Shown piece after piece: positions 1-8,585 of a DNA stretch of 64,000 bases (the first letter of the stretch is position 1; every line of letters starts with the position of its first letter). The notes under the pieces are model-generated. The model did not search any database, had not been told where the DNA came from, and worked only from the letters and a program-made list of their open reading frames with translations. The DNA is taken from contig CATNEN010000003.1 in NCBI GenBank assembly GCA_950097015.1, forward strand, positions 1,798,001-1,862,000, read 5' to 3'. A program made the translations under genes and the position numbers. Source of the stretch: Macrostomum hystrix (lineage: Eukaryota; Animalia; Platyhelminthes).

Positions 1-181
1 AGAGTTGGGAGGCTCGGGAAAGAAATTGCGTAAAAGATGCAGTGAGTAATTCTTCAGTACAAGAGTGTTAAAGGCTAGGGCAATGAGCATTCAGCCTTTG
101 TATGGGGGTGTGGGGGGCAAAGCCCCCCACAATTAATAACTCTGCCTTTGCAGCCCATCTCTTTGCACTGGGTACAGCTAG
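1..181 (+). repeat. Left terminal inverted repeat (inner part only)
   Basis: 1-181 is the reverse complement of 16455-16635; one mismatch seen (position 36). Confidence 0.95.
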
Positions 182-453
182 AGGAGGAAGAAGAAGATAG
201 GAAGAAAGCATTGGGGTGGGGTGGGTGTGGCGTCCAATCCGATACTGGAGGGTGGGGAGGCATGGGGTGGGTGGGTGCCTGTGTCACAGTACAGGGATGA
301 ACTGATGGGATGCCGGCCTATCTGCTATAGAAGAACCCTGACGACACTGCGGAGATAGGAGGCTAGCCCGGCAGTGTATTTTGGAGTTTGGAGGGGCGCC
401 GACAAACTCAGAACAGAGGAGGAATGAGATGGGAGGAAAGCATTGGGGTGAGT

Positions 454-573
454 GTGGGGTGTGGCGTCCAATCCTACTTACCTACATATCTAGTCTGAGC
501 TCCATCACAGGACAAACACCCACCCCAACTCTAGCCAATCAGAATCGAGCACACATTTTGGATGGTATATAAG
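454..573 (+). promoter_or_regulatory. Putative Pol II promoter of the first Polinton gene: 58-bp conserved block (454-511), CCAAT (535-539), TATATAAG (566-573)
   Basis: Motifs about 80 bp upstream of ATG 653; the 58-bp block recurs inverted at 15862-15919. Confidence 0.6.
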
Positions 574-652
574 CCCTCAAAAATCGTTAGGAAAGGAGCA
601 AGTTTTCTCAGCTCGCAATTTACCTGATCTTAGCTTTTGACATTAGCTAGCG

Positions 653-1390
653 ATGGACATCTGCGACGGTTATAAGATTCAGGTTCAAGAGTACGAAGGC
701 TTGAAGTACATAGCGATAAGAAAGTTCTACCGCCACGGCAGCACTGCAAGTCTGAAACCTGGCGTCCCTGGCTTCAACCTGAATGTTTGCCAATGGGAAA
801 AGCTGAAGCAACTGAAGCGGTCGCTCGTAGTGTCTGCTCTCAAAAGCGAGTGCAAGGTGGTGAAACTAGGTTTTGATAAGTTTATCGAAGTCAGGGACGG
901 CATCATCTGGCTCAAGCGGCTGCCTGAGGACTGCTGCGAGGAATTCATGAAGCGTAACGCCGTACCGCTGACCCCACCGCTGTGGAAGAAGCTGTGGCAC
1001 AACGCATCATGGATAGACGGCCAGCTGTCGGCTCCCTTCAAGGACATGCGGACGAAGTACGAGCTGGAGTCAGATGAGGAAGAGCAGGACACGAAGCCCG
1101 TCCTGGAGGCCGAGAGATCTGAAGGCAATGGTGGAGACGGAGACGAGATCGGCTCGCCTAGAATGCTGCAGATCGACACCGAGGCTGCCACATCCACGCC
1201 GCTTCCCCTGGCTAGCGCTGGGGATGGACGGATCCCGTCTCGGGACTCGGACTTGCGGGAGGACCCGGTGTGGTACCAGTTCCGGGCGGCTGCGGCTGCG
1301 GCGGCCAGCGGTAGCAGGAAGCGCAAACAGCCGTTTCCACTTCGTCGGCAGGAGGCAATGAAGCTTACCAGGCTGCACTTCGATGAGTGA
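653..1390 (+). CDS. PC4/Sub1-like ssDNA-binding coactivator protein; probable second degenerate PC4 repeat; acidic low-complexity tail
   Basis: IQVQEYEGLKYIAIRKFY...LKPGVPGFNLNVCQWEKLKQ resembles the PC4 core VSVRDFKGKVLIDIREYW...[20 protein letters not shown]. Confidence 0.8.
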   Translation: MDICDGYKIQVQEYEGLKYIAIRKFYRHGSTASLKPGVPGFNLNVCQWEKLKQLKRSLVVSALKSECKVVKLGFDKFIEVRDGIIWLKRLPEDCCEEFMKRNAVPLTPPLWKKLWHNASWIDGQLSAPFKDMRTKYELESDEEEQDTKPVLEAERSEGNGGDGDEIGSPRMLQIDTEAATSTPLPLASAGDGRIPSRDSDLREDPVWYQFRAAAAAAASGSRKRKQPFPLRRQEAMKLTRLHFDE

Positions 1391-1647
1391 CTGAACAGTG
1401 TGCTCTAATGCATCTGACTGCTTTTGTGCTCAAATCAGCTGCTCAATTTGTAATTTTGACAGTGTTAAAAGCCAGCTACTTAATGTTTTTTCCCATTTAT
1501 TCAGTGTTCACAATTGCTTCTGCATTTTTATGGTGCTGGTTGTTTTTCGACGCCGGTCGATTTTCTGTTACAGTGAATTACAAAAAACCTAAGAAAATGA
1601 ATTGCTCATGCTAGAGAAAGCAAGCCTTGCTTCGTTCTAAACTGGTC

Positions 1648-2715
1648 ATGGAGAAAATTTACTTTAACCCTGCTCAACCAGCCAGCTTTTCCAGTGCCTC
1701 AAAATTGCAGCATGAAATGAGAGAAAGAGGTGGTCGTGAGACCACTAAGAGCATAGAGCAGTGGCTGTGTGAGCAGCCAGTGCACACATTACACAAGCCA
1801 GCTAGAAGGCGATACCCAAGAGCACCAATCATAGTGCGATCCATTGACGATCAATGGGAGCTTGACTTGGTTGAGATGATTCCATTCGCAAAGTACAATA
1901 ATGGCTACAAGTACATTCTCACATGCATTGATGTGCTGTCCAAATGTGCATGGGCCAGGCCATTGAAAAATAAATCAGCTGCAGAAGTGAAGTCCGCATT
2001 CGAGAGCATTCTGAAATACTCAAAACGCCAGCCTCGCACAGTCCGCACAGATCAGGGGAAAGAGTTTCTCAACACTACTTTTCGCCAATTCTGCATAGAG
2101 CGGGGGATTCTGGCTTTCCCAACCAATAGTGAGCAGAAAGCAGCCATCATTGAGCGATGGAACAGAACTCTGAAGAGCAAAATGTGGCGGTATTTCACGT
2201 ACAAAAGCACCCTGCACTGGGTTGACGTGCTGTCCAAGCTAGTGAAGTCCTACAACAGCACTTACCATAGAAGCATAAAAATGGCGCCAACAAGCGTCTG
2301 CAAAGATAATGAATCTGAGGTCTGGATGAACCTGTACGATGGGAAAGCAATTGAGACAATAGAGAAGCTGAAGAAGCCGAAATTCTGCGACAATCAGTTA
2401 GTGAGGATTTCCAATGCACCCAGGGTGTTCCGAAAGGGCTACAAGGCCAACTGGAGCGAGGAAGTGTACACTGTGGTGGCCAGGGCCCCGAAGCACTACC
2501 CGTACATGTACAAGATTAGAGACATGAAGGGGGAAGAGATTCGAGGCCTCTTCCATGAGCATGAGCTGCAGGCTGTTCCGGACTCACAGCGGTTGTATGT
2601 GATTGAAAAGATTTTGAAGACTGAGAAACGTCATGGAAAAATCCGATATCTTGTGAAGTGGGCCGGCTACAACTCCACCGGGTGGGTGGATGAAAAGGAC
2701 TTAAGAAAAGTCTAG
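1648..2715 (+). CDS. Polinton retroviral-like (rve) DDE integrase with C-terminal chromodomain
   Basis: WELDLV, TDQGKEF and IIERWNRTLK catalytic motifs; YVIEKIL...YLVKWAGY...W chromodomain; first ATG at 1648. Confidence 0.95.
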   Translation: MEKIYFNPAQPASFSSASKLQHEMRERGGRETTKSIEQWLCEQPVHTLHKPARRRYPRAPIIVRSIDDQWELDLVEMIPFAKYNNGYKYILTCIDVLSKCAWARPLKNKSAAEVKSAFESILKYSKRQPRTVRTDQGKEFLNTTFRQFCIERGILAFPTNSEQKAAIIERWNRTLKSKMWRYFTYKSTLHWVDVLSKLVKSYNSTYHRSIKMAPTSVCKDNESEVWMNLYDGKAIETIEKLKKPKFCDNQLVRISNAPRVFRKGYKANWSEEVYTVVARAPKHYPYMYKIRDMKGEEIRGLFHEHELQAVPDSQRLYVIEKILKTEKRHGKIRYLVKWAGYNSTGWVDEKDLRKV

Positions 2716-2752
2716 TAGTAAACCTATTTCTGTGATAAAGGTATTTTCTATT

Positions 2753-3568
2753 ATGAGAAACATTGTTATCAACAGTGAACATGCTGAAGGTACTTCTAGT
2801 GACTTTCATTTTCACCTGCCTTCACCTATTTACTTGGATCGAAATGTGGACTATGAGGCAGGTCTGGTTGAAATCCATCTGCCTGCTTCATGGTACAATC
2901 TTGACGAACCTTACTGCGTCACTATCTCAGTTGGAAGAGAGCACGAGGCCCTGGTTCTTCAACCTGGACGCTTTGCTAGAGTGGAGGAGCTGGTGGAGTG
3001 CCTGAATGAGCTGTTGGCCAACTCTGAGTCTCTGTTCTTTGATGCGAGGAGCGACAGAGATGCTGAAATGGAGGCTGATGAATCAGGTCTGCTGGGACGT
3101 CGCGGTGATGCTAGGGACTTTGGAATAAAAATTGACATTCAAAACTCGAGAACAGTAGTGCAGAACAACACAGTGCAGGCAGAGCTGCATCTTCCGCCTA
3201 GCAAGATTCTGCAATGGCTTGGATTCAGCAACCAGGGATCAGTGAAAGTTCGACCTGGGCGGCTTGTCTCAGAGCGCTGCATCGGCTGCCCGCGCACCAA
3301 TCTGATTAATGTGCACTGCAGCATCGTTGAGTCGAGCAATTGCAACGGCAACTCACTGCTGAGAACAGTTCGAATGAAACCTGATGCAGAATGGGGAAAC
3401 TATCTGAGCCAAGTGTTTAAGAAAACCATCTTCTTTCCAATTCCGAGGATCAATTTTTTACACAGCCTTCGAGTTCAACTGCGAGATATTTTTGGTAGCC
3501 TTCTGGCCGCTCAGTCCTGCAGTCCCGTTCTGCTGACAGTTCAGATTCGGGAGAAAAGAATTCAATGA
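2753..3568 (+). CDS. Minor capsid (penton-like) protein
   Basis: N-terminal SDFHFHLPSPIYL..YEAGLVEIHLPASWYN and C-terminal INVHCSIV..S..LLRTV..SLRVQLRD..G patterns typical of Polinton minor capsid proteins; position after integrase. Confidence 0.8.
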   Translation: MRNIVINSEHAEGTSSDFHFHLPSPIYLDRNVDYEAGLVEIHLPASWYNLDEPYCVTISVGREHEALVLQPGRFARVEELVECLNELLANSESLFFDARSDRDAEMEADESGLLGRRGDARDFGIKIDIQNSRTVVQNNTVQAELHLPPSKILQWLGFSNQGSVKVRPGRLVSERCIGCPRTNLINVHCSIVESSNCNGNSLLRTVRMKPDAEWGNYLSQVFKKTIFFPIPRINFLHSLRVQLRDIFGSLLAAQSCSPVLLTVQIREKRIQ

Positions 3569-3945
3569 ATTACCAGCAGCTTATTCGGCAGTATTCGGGT
3601 GCGCGAACTGGCAAGCAGCCTGCACTGTACGGCTGCGGGAGCTCACCGGGACTCATGACGTTCCAGCCCCCATCGACTGCTCCATCAACGCTAGCTGCTG
3701 CTGGTCTCCCCAATGCTAAAAACTCTTCTATGCAATCAAAACGAAGGAAAAGAAAGTTGAAAAAAAGTAATAGTAATCATTGCAAAGACAACAAGATAAA
3801 GAAGAGCAGATCAAGAAGGAAGCAGAAAAGTTCAAGCAGGAAAAAGCTTAAGAAGAAGAGAACTGGGAAGAGCAAGAAAGCAACAAGAAGGAAGCGAAAA
3901 GTCAGCAGCAAAACTGTGAAGCGCGTACTGGACTCTCTGTCATAG
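3565..3945 (+). CDS. Small highly basic (K/R/S-rich) putative virion core / DNA-condensing protein
   Basis: Very basic C-terminal half; lies between the two capsid genes; LYGCG fits the adenain site (M/L/I)xGx|G. Confidence 0.6.
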   Translation: MNYQQLIRQYSGARTGKQPALYGCGSSPGLMTFQPPSTAPSTLAAAGLPNAKNSSMQSKRRKRKLKKSNSNHCKDNKIKKSRSRRKQKSSSRKKLKKKRTGKSKKATRRKRKVSSKTVKRVLDSLS

Positions 3946-3948
3946 ACA

Positions 3949-5232
3949 ATGGCTTACGGATTCAACCCCAGGCTCGACCTGTTCAAGACACCTGTGCTGC
4001 AGACTTGCATTGAGAAATCTGCCTATGTTGACATTCATCCTGTGAATTCCATTGTCGCAAACTCACCCATTGAATTTGACTGCCACCAATCAGCTGATGA
4101 GTACACCGATTTAGTTAACTCATTTCTCTACATTCGGTGCCGCATTGTGAGACTGAATGGAGCATTGATGAGGGAGGATGAGCTGGGTGAGGATGGAGTT
4201 GTTGCAGACCGCAGAGACAGCAATGTGCATCCGGAAAATTTTGTTCTATCTACAGCCTTCTCAGATGTAATTGTTAGCATTAACCAGCGAATCGTCTCTG
4301 GGGGTGACCAGCTGTACCCGTACCATGCCTACTTCAAAGCACTGATGAGCTCATCAGATGCCCAGCAACTCAAATTTCACCCTGCCGGTTTCCTGGAACC
4401 CGACTCAGCTGATGAGGACCACACTGAGAACCACAGGACCTCCCAATGGAGGGAATATGCGGGACCACTCCTTAGCGACATTTTCCAGTGCCCTGTGTTT
4501 CTGCTGAACAATTTGCACCTGCACATCAAACTGGTGCCCAGTGATGGAGCATTTGGAATCAGAGCTCCAGCCGCCAACAACACCGCCTACAGGATGGAAA
4601 TATCGCACTGCATCCTCTATCTCCGCCGAGTCAAAGTTCTGCCCCACATCAGCTTGGCTCACGAGCAGGGGCTGGCTAATCAGAATGCGCTCTACCCAAT
4701 TGAGCGAACTGAAATGCAAAACTTCATCCTGCCCCAGGGAATTCAGTCAAAAAATATTGAAGGATTCACGCACGGAAAGCTCCCGAAATTCATCATGCTG
4801 GCCTTCGTCAACCACCGAGCCTTCAATGGGCACCATCATTCCAGCCCGTTCCAGTTCCAAAACTTCAACCTGAGTCAGCTTGCTCTCAAGAAAGGGGGTG
4901 AATCCATGTGCCACGGGGCATTTACACCTGAGAACAATTCGTTTGTGAGAGAGTATTTGCACTACCTGAAAAGCTGTCAATCTGCGAGCCACACCAACTC
5001 GGTTCCATCGATTCCCTACCAGCTCTTCTCAAACGAGAACACAGTGTTCGCATTCGATCTGACACCCGAGGGAGCGGCTCTGTGGTACGGGCAGAAGGAG
5101 GGAAACCTGCGGCTGGAGATTCGGTTCCGACAGGCCTTGGATGAAGCCGTGTCCCTGATTGTCATGTGTGTGTATGACTCACTGATTGAGGTCACCAAGC
5201 ACAGGGAGCTATTGCTGGATTATTCATCTTAA
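3949..5232 (+). CDS. Major capsid protein (double jelly-roll, hexon-like)
   Basis: LDLFKTP..QT.IE...P....PIEF...Y.DL..S.LY start, NPF-like SPFQFQNFNL, FAFDLTP and GNLRLEIRF..AL motifs of Polinton MCPs; 427 aa. Confidence 0.9.
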   Translation: MAYGFNPRLDLFKTPVLQTCIEKSAYVDIHPVNSIVANSPIEFDCHQSADEYTDLVNSFLYIRCRIVRLNGALMREDELGEDGVVADRRDSNVHPENFVLSTAFSDVIVSINQRIVSGGDQLYPYHAYFKALMSSSDAQQLKFHPAGFLEPDSADEDHTENHRTSQWREYAGPLLSDIFQCPVFLLNNLHLHIKLVPSDGAFGIRAPAANNTAYRMEISHCILYLRRVKVLPHISLAHEQGLANQNALYPIERTEMQNFILPQGIQSKNIEGFTHGKLPKFIMLAFVNHRAFNGHHHSSPFQFQNFNLSQLALKKGGESMCHGAFTPENNSFVREYLHYLKSCQSASHTNSVPSIPYQLFSNENTVFAFDLTPEGAALWYGQKEGNLRLEIRFRQALDEAVSLIVMCVYDSLIEVTKHRELLLDYSS

Positions 5233-5777
5233 TGAAAGTTGATATGGATGCCCTTCAGCTGCGTTCTCTTGCTAGATCCTTCCTGCTCAACAATCGAATC
5301 TTGATAGTCACCCTTTGCTTAAAGCAAAAGACCTGGATAATAAACTGGGATGAAGGAAGAATGCGTGAGAAAATTCCCAATCACAACAGAATCATCAGCT
5401 TCTTCTTGATAAAACACAGCGTCTCGTTTGGACACTGGGTTGCATGTTTTGTTGACAATGGAAATGTAGTTGAATTATTTGATTCTCTCGGTTGGAATGC
5501 ACAGACTCTGAATGCCATCCACCAATTTTTTGCTAATAAATTCAAGTTTCCTTTCCGCATGCTTTGCAATGTTAACCGAATCCAATGCAGTCAGTCGGAC
5601 AAGTGCGGACTTTTCTGTCTCTATTTTGCATATCAAAGAATTGTTTTGAAGCGATCATTCGAATGGATTCTGCGAAATCTACACGTGAAAGAAAACTGCC
5701 CGTTGAATGACAGAATGCTTTGTCAGTTTGAAGCCAGCTTAAGAAAAAGAGGTTTATGGCGAAAAAGAAATAGTTGA
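5232..5777 (+). CDS. Adenain-like cysteine maturation protease
   Basis: GHWVA (His), ELFDSLG (Glu/Asp), IQ...CGLFCLYF (Gln/Cys) catalytic motifs. Confidence 0.9.
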   Translation: MKVDMDALQLRSLARSFLLNNRILIVTLCLKQKTWIINWDEGRMREKIPNHNRIISFFLIKHSVSFGHWVACFVDNGNVVELFDSLGWNAQTLNAIHQFFANKFKFPFRMLCNVNRIQCSQSDKCGLFCLYFAYQRIVLKRSFEWILRNLHVKENCPLNDRMLCQFEASLRKRGLWRKRNS

Positions 5778-5794
5778 AATAAAGCCTAAGTGAG

Positions 5795-6442
5795 ATGGAG
5801 TCAGAAAGAGTGTACTATGATGTCCGCCTGCGACAGGGCAGCTGCATGATGGTCTGCGGACCCACCAATGCTGGAAAGACAACCTTCGTGAAGCATCTAA
5901 TACAGTACAGGGATGTATTATTCGACATCCAGCCTGGGAGAGTGCTCTGGTACTATGGGATCGCACAGCCAGCGCATGCAGAGCTGAGCAGTCTTGGTGT
6001 GCAATTGCATCAGGGATTACCCACTAACTTTGAGAGCTCATTGATGAGCAATGATCTGGTCATTTTTGATGACATGATTGATGAAACTTCTAACTCTGCT
6101 TCAATGCGAAATATTTTCACTGGACTCGCCCATCACCTGCCATGCTTTCTTGTAATGCTCACTCAGAATATGTTTTTCAAGGGCAAGGAGTTGCGGACCA
6201 TGAGCTTGAACACGATGTACTATGTGATCCTTAAAAACCCCAGAGACCAGCTGCAGATCGCTGCATTGGGCAGGCAGTGCTTTCCAGAGAAGCCTGGCTT
6301 CCTGCTTGAGGTGTTCAAGCATGTCACAGCGCAGGGCAGGGGGAGCTACCTGTTTCTGGACTTTCACCCTTGCACTCCCGATGAGCTGCGAGTACGAGCC
6401 AGAATTCTGCCCAATCAGAGGCCACATCTGGTTTATGCTTAA
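5795..6442 (+). CDS. A32/FtsK-HerA-like DNA packaging ATPase
   Basis: Walker A GPTNAGKT, Walker B LVIFDD, HH...LTQN and RTMSLN...KNPRD motifs. Confidence 0.93.
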   Translation: MESERVYYDVRLRQGSCMMVCGPTNAGKTTFVKHLIQYRDVLFDIQPGRVLWYYGIAQPAHAELSSLGVQLHQGLPTNFESSLMSNDLVIFDDMIDETSNSASMRNIFTGLAHHLPCFLVMLTQNMFFKGKELRTMSLNTMYYVILKNPRDQLQIAALGRQCFPEKPGFLLEVFKHVTAQGRGSYLFLDFHPCTPDELRVRARILPNQRPHLVYA

Positions 6443-6485
6443 GAATATAGGTTGAGAAATGCTATTAGCCTGAATTATTGCAACT

Positions 6486-6809
6486 ATGGAAGTGTTCGAA
6501 GCTCATCAAAGTTTATTTGAAGTCCTTGCCTCTCCCAAATATACAATTAGCCTCAAGCGCGCAATAATAAAGCTGAGTCCGAAAGAAGCTTGCACTTTTC
6601 TTGTCGAGGCCTGTTACAACCTATTGAAAGAGAATTTGCCATTTTCTCTTGTTGAAAAGACAGCGCTATTGAAATCTAAAAATATAATCCGCAGGATTCC
6701 CCGGCAAAGAAAACAGAGTGACTTACTCAAAGCTTCTTTTATCAGAATCCTCCCCACTCTGCTGAAACTTGTGAAAAAGAAGAGGAAAAGAGATGCACAA
6801 ATTCAATGA
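6486..6809 (+). CDS. Small Polinton-type protein of unknown function (possibly structural)
   Basis: In the packed cluster after the ATPase; the RAIIK...EACYNLLKENLPFS..K..L..K..IR pattern resembles a recurrent Polinton ORF. Confidence 0.55.
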   Translation: MEVFEAHQSLFEVLASPKYTISLKRAIIKLSPKEACTFLVEACYNLLKENLPFSLVEKTALLKSKNIIRRIPRQRKQSDLLKASFIRILPTLLKLVKKKRKRDAQIQ

Positions 6810-7452
6810 GATGGTTCTGATCTCAAGGTCCGAGTATGAAATGCTGAGGAGGAGTGCCAAGACCATTGAGTCTGTGAGTGACACGGCCATAAAGCAGGCA
6901 CAGATGAAATGTGATGATATCCTGTTGGCCCAAGACTGCCCAGATGATATGAAGACAGCCCTGTACCAGAGTGCCATGAAGAGCTTGCTGTCAAAGCGAA
7001 AGCAGGCAGGGAAGGAAACTGCATCTGAAGACAAGAAAGCGAAGATGGTGAAAGCTGAGACGCCACTAAGGAGCTGGGAAGAAAAGATCTGCCAGTCAGT
7101 GCCACAGAAGTTCAAACCCAGGGCTCGCAGTCTATGGGCCATCCTATCTGGCACCGAGTCTGCCATCCGTGTGTCCGATAATGGGGAGGTGAATATTTCT
7201 GGGAACTTGATCCCTGCCTCAAACATAGTGGATTTAATTCTGCACACAGTGAAGGACTCAAAAAGTTCCAGTGAGCCTGTGGGATGGGCTGCTTTCAGTG
7301 ACTTGCTTCGTCAAAAGAATCTCAATGTGCCAATGTCAGCCGTAGGAAAATCTGTACAAAAAGAAATTCTGGAGTCAATTGAGAGCAAAGACGCACAGCC
7401 TTCAACCAAAGGACTGGGCAGCAAGTCTGCGTGGCTGAGGTTGAATAGGTGA
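6793..7452 (+). CDS. Polinton-type protein of unknown function
   Basis: SVP..K.RA..L, DNGEV.I.G..IP.SNIVDLI and P.GW..F...L...NVP.S.VG pattern recurrent in Polintons. Confidence 0.6.
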   Translation: MHKFNEMVLISRSEYEMLRRSAKTIESVSDTAIKQAQMKCDDILLAQDCPDDMKTALYQSAMKSLLSKRKQAGKETASEDKKAKMVKAETPLRSWEEKICQSVPQKFKPRARSLWAILSGTESAIRVSDNGEVNISGNLIPASNIVDLILHTVKDSKSSSEPVGWAAFSDLLRQKNLNVPMSAVGKSVQKEILESIESKDAQPSTKGLGSKSAWLRLNR

Positions 7453-7516
7453 AGAAAAAGTATTTAAGAAAGGCAGCACAGTCGAATTCTGCTGGTTTTA
7501 AGGCACCCGCTTGAGC

Positions 7517-8353
7517 ATGAACTACATAGACATTCAAGGCTTCCCGTGTGATGGAGAGAATGATAACTTCATCGTGAAGGAGCTGGCAGTCCTCGAAGTA
7601 AAAAAGGGAAGCTACCACATTTCCCACCATGTGTACGCCCCACCGCATCCGTGGGAGAGAGTGTCACCCGACATGCGAATGTACTACAGTCAGCTCACGA
7701 AACATCAGCATAAATTCAAGTGGAGTGATGGAAGCCGGCCGTATTTTCAATTGGCCGATGACATTGTGAGCATTGGAGGCGGAGTCACTTGGACAAGCGG
7801 AGAGGAAAAATCTATTTTTCTGACTGAGCTGCTAGGCAGACAGGTATTCAACCTAGACGATCTGAGCTCACCTTCCACCAAGGAGTCAGCTAGCGGCTGT
7901 GCTGTGAGAAATGCATTGCTGTACTACAGTTGGCTAAGGCCAAAGTTCTGCATCAGCTTAAGAAGCGAGCAGTGTCCATGGCACAAGAGTTTCAGCGACA
8001 TCAGCAGTCAAAGTATTCAAAATGAGTGCAGGAACCACAACACTGAGTGTCACCAACCTGGTTGGCGGAGTGGATCTGAAACTGGTTGGAGGCAGGGGCG
8101 CCCAGCTGCCTCTAAGAGAACTGGCTCTCAGCATGGCGCATGTGATCTACCGACCCGTTTGGCCCCGGGTGCTCATCAAGCAGATGCGAAATCCCAGGAT
8201 AACTCTGCTGCTCTACCCCACTGGGCAACTGAGCATCTGTGGCGCCAAGAGCTACGCAGACGCGGCCAGGGCTGCCCGTCGCTTCGTGGCTATGCTGCAT
8301 CGCAGAGTGCCGGTTCAACTGCTGCCTCCTCAATCCATTTGTGTTCGAATTAA
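7517..8353 (+). CDS. DEDD/DnaQ-like exonuclease-fold protein (N-terminal about 145 aa); 3' part overlaps the TBP-like ORF
   Basis: YIDIQGF..FIVKELAVL..PP.PW..H...WSDG..Y..CAVRNA; motif I reads DxQ rather than DxE. Confidence 0.55.
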   Translation: MNYIDIQGFPCDGENDNFIVKELAVLEVKKGSYHISHHVYAPPHPWERVSPDMRMYYSQLTKHQHKFKWSDGSRPYFQLADDIVSIGGGVTWTSGEEKSIFLTELLGRQVFNLDDLSSPSTKESASGCAVRNALLYYSWLRPKFCISLRSEQCPWHKSFSDISSQSIQNECRNHNTECHQPGWRSGSETGWRQGRPAASKRTGSQHGACDLPTRLAPGAHQADAKSQDNSAALPHWATEHLWRQELRRRGQGCPSLRGYAASQSAGSTAASSIHLCSN

Positions 8354-8585
8354 AACTATTACTGCAAAGGGCAACCTGGACTTATGCGGTGCTTTATCGC
8401 TGTCTGATTTGCGCAACATTCTACCCAGCGCAACTTATGAACCTGAATCGTTTTCTGCTTTAATCTGTAAACTTCCCTTTTGCAAATGTTTGCTTTTCCA
8501 TAACGGCTCATTTGTTCTCAGTGGAGCTCGCTCTCTGCGACAATTGCATTCTGATGTTGAGCATCTAGCAGCTCTCATCAAGTGA
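8022..8585 (+). CDS. Divergent TATA-binding protein (TBP)-like protein, core domain only
   Basis: Two internal repeats aligning with TBP: TNLVG..L..LAL..Y.P..RNPRITLLLYPTGQLSICGAKSYADAARAARRF and YEPESFSALI..CLLFHNGSFVLSGARS; AATAAA at about 8597-8606. Confidence 0.9.
   Translation: MSAGTTTLSVTNLVGGVDLKLVGGRGAQLPLRELALSMAHVIYRPVWPRVLIKQMRNPRITLLLYPTGQLSICGAKSYADAARAARRFVAMLHRRVPVQLLPPQSICVRIKTITAKGNLDLCGALSLSDLRNILPSATYEPESFSALICKLPFCKCLLFHNGSFVLSGARSLRQLHSDVEHLAALIK

Noticed and set aside
727-1326. Antisense and alternate-frame ORFs over GC-rich genes (also at 18328, 20708, 29504, 31662, 41052)
   Set aside because: Shadow ORFs of real coding sequence with no independent motifs
7461-7468. 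TATTTAAG as a proven element-specific promoter motif
   Set aside because: Only three occurrences noticed of an AT-rich 8-mer; not distinguishable from chance without start-site data
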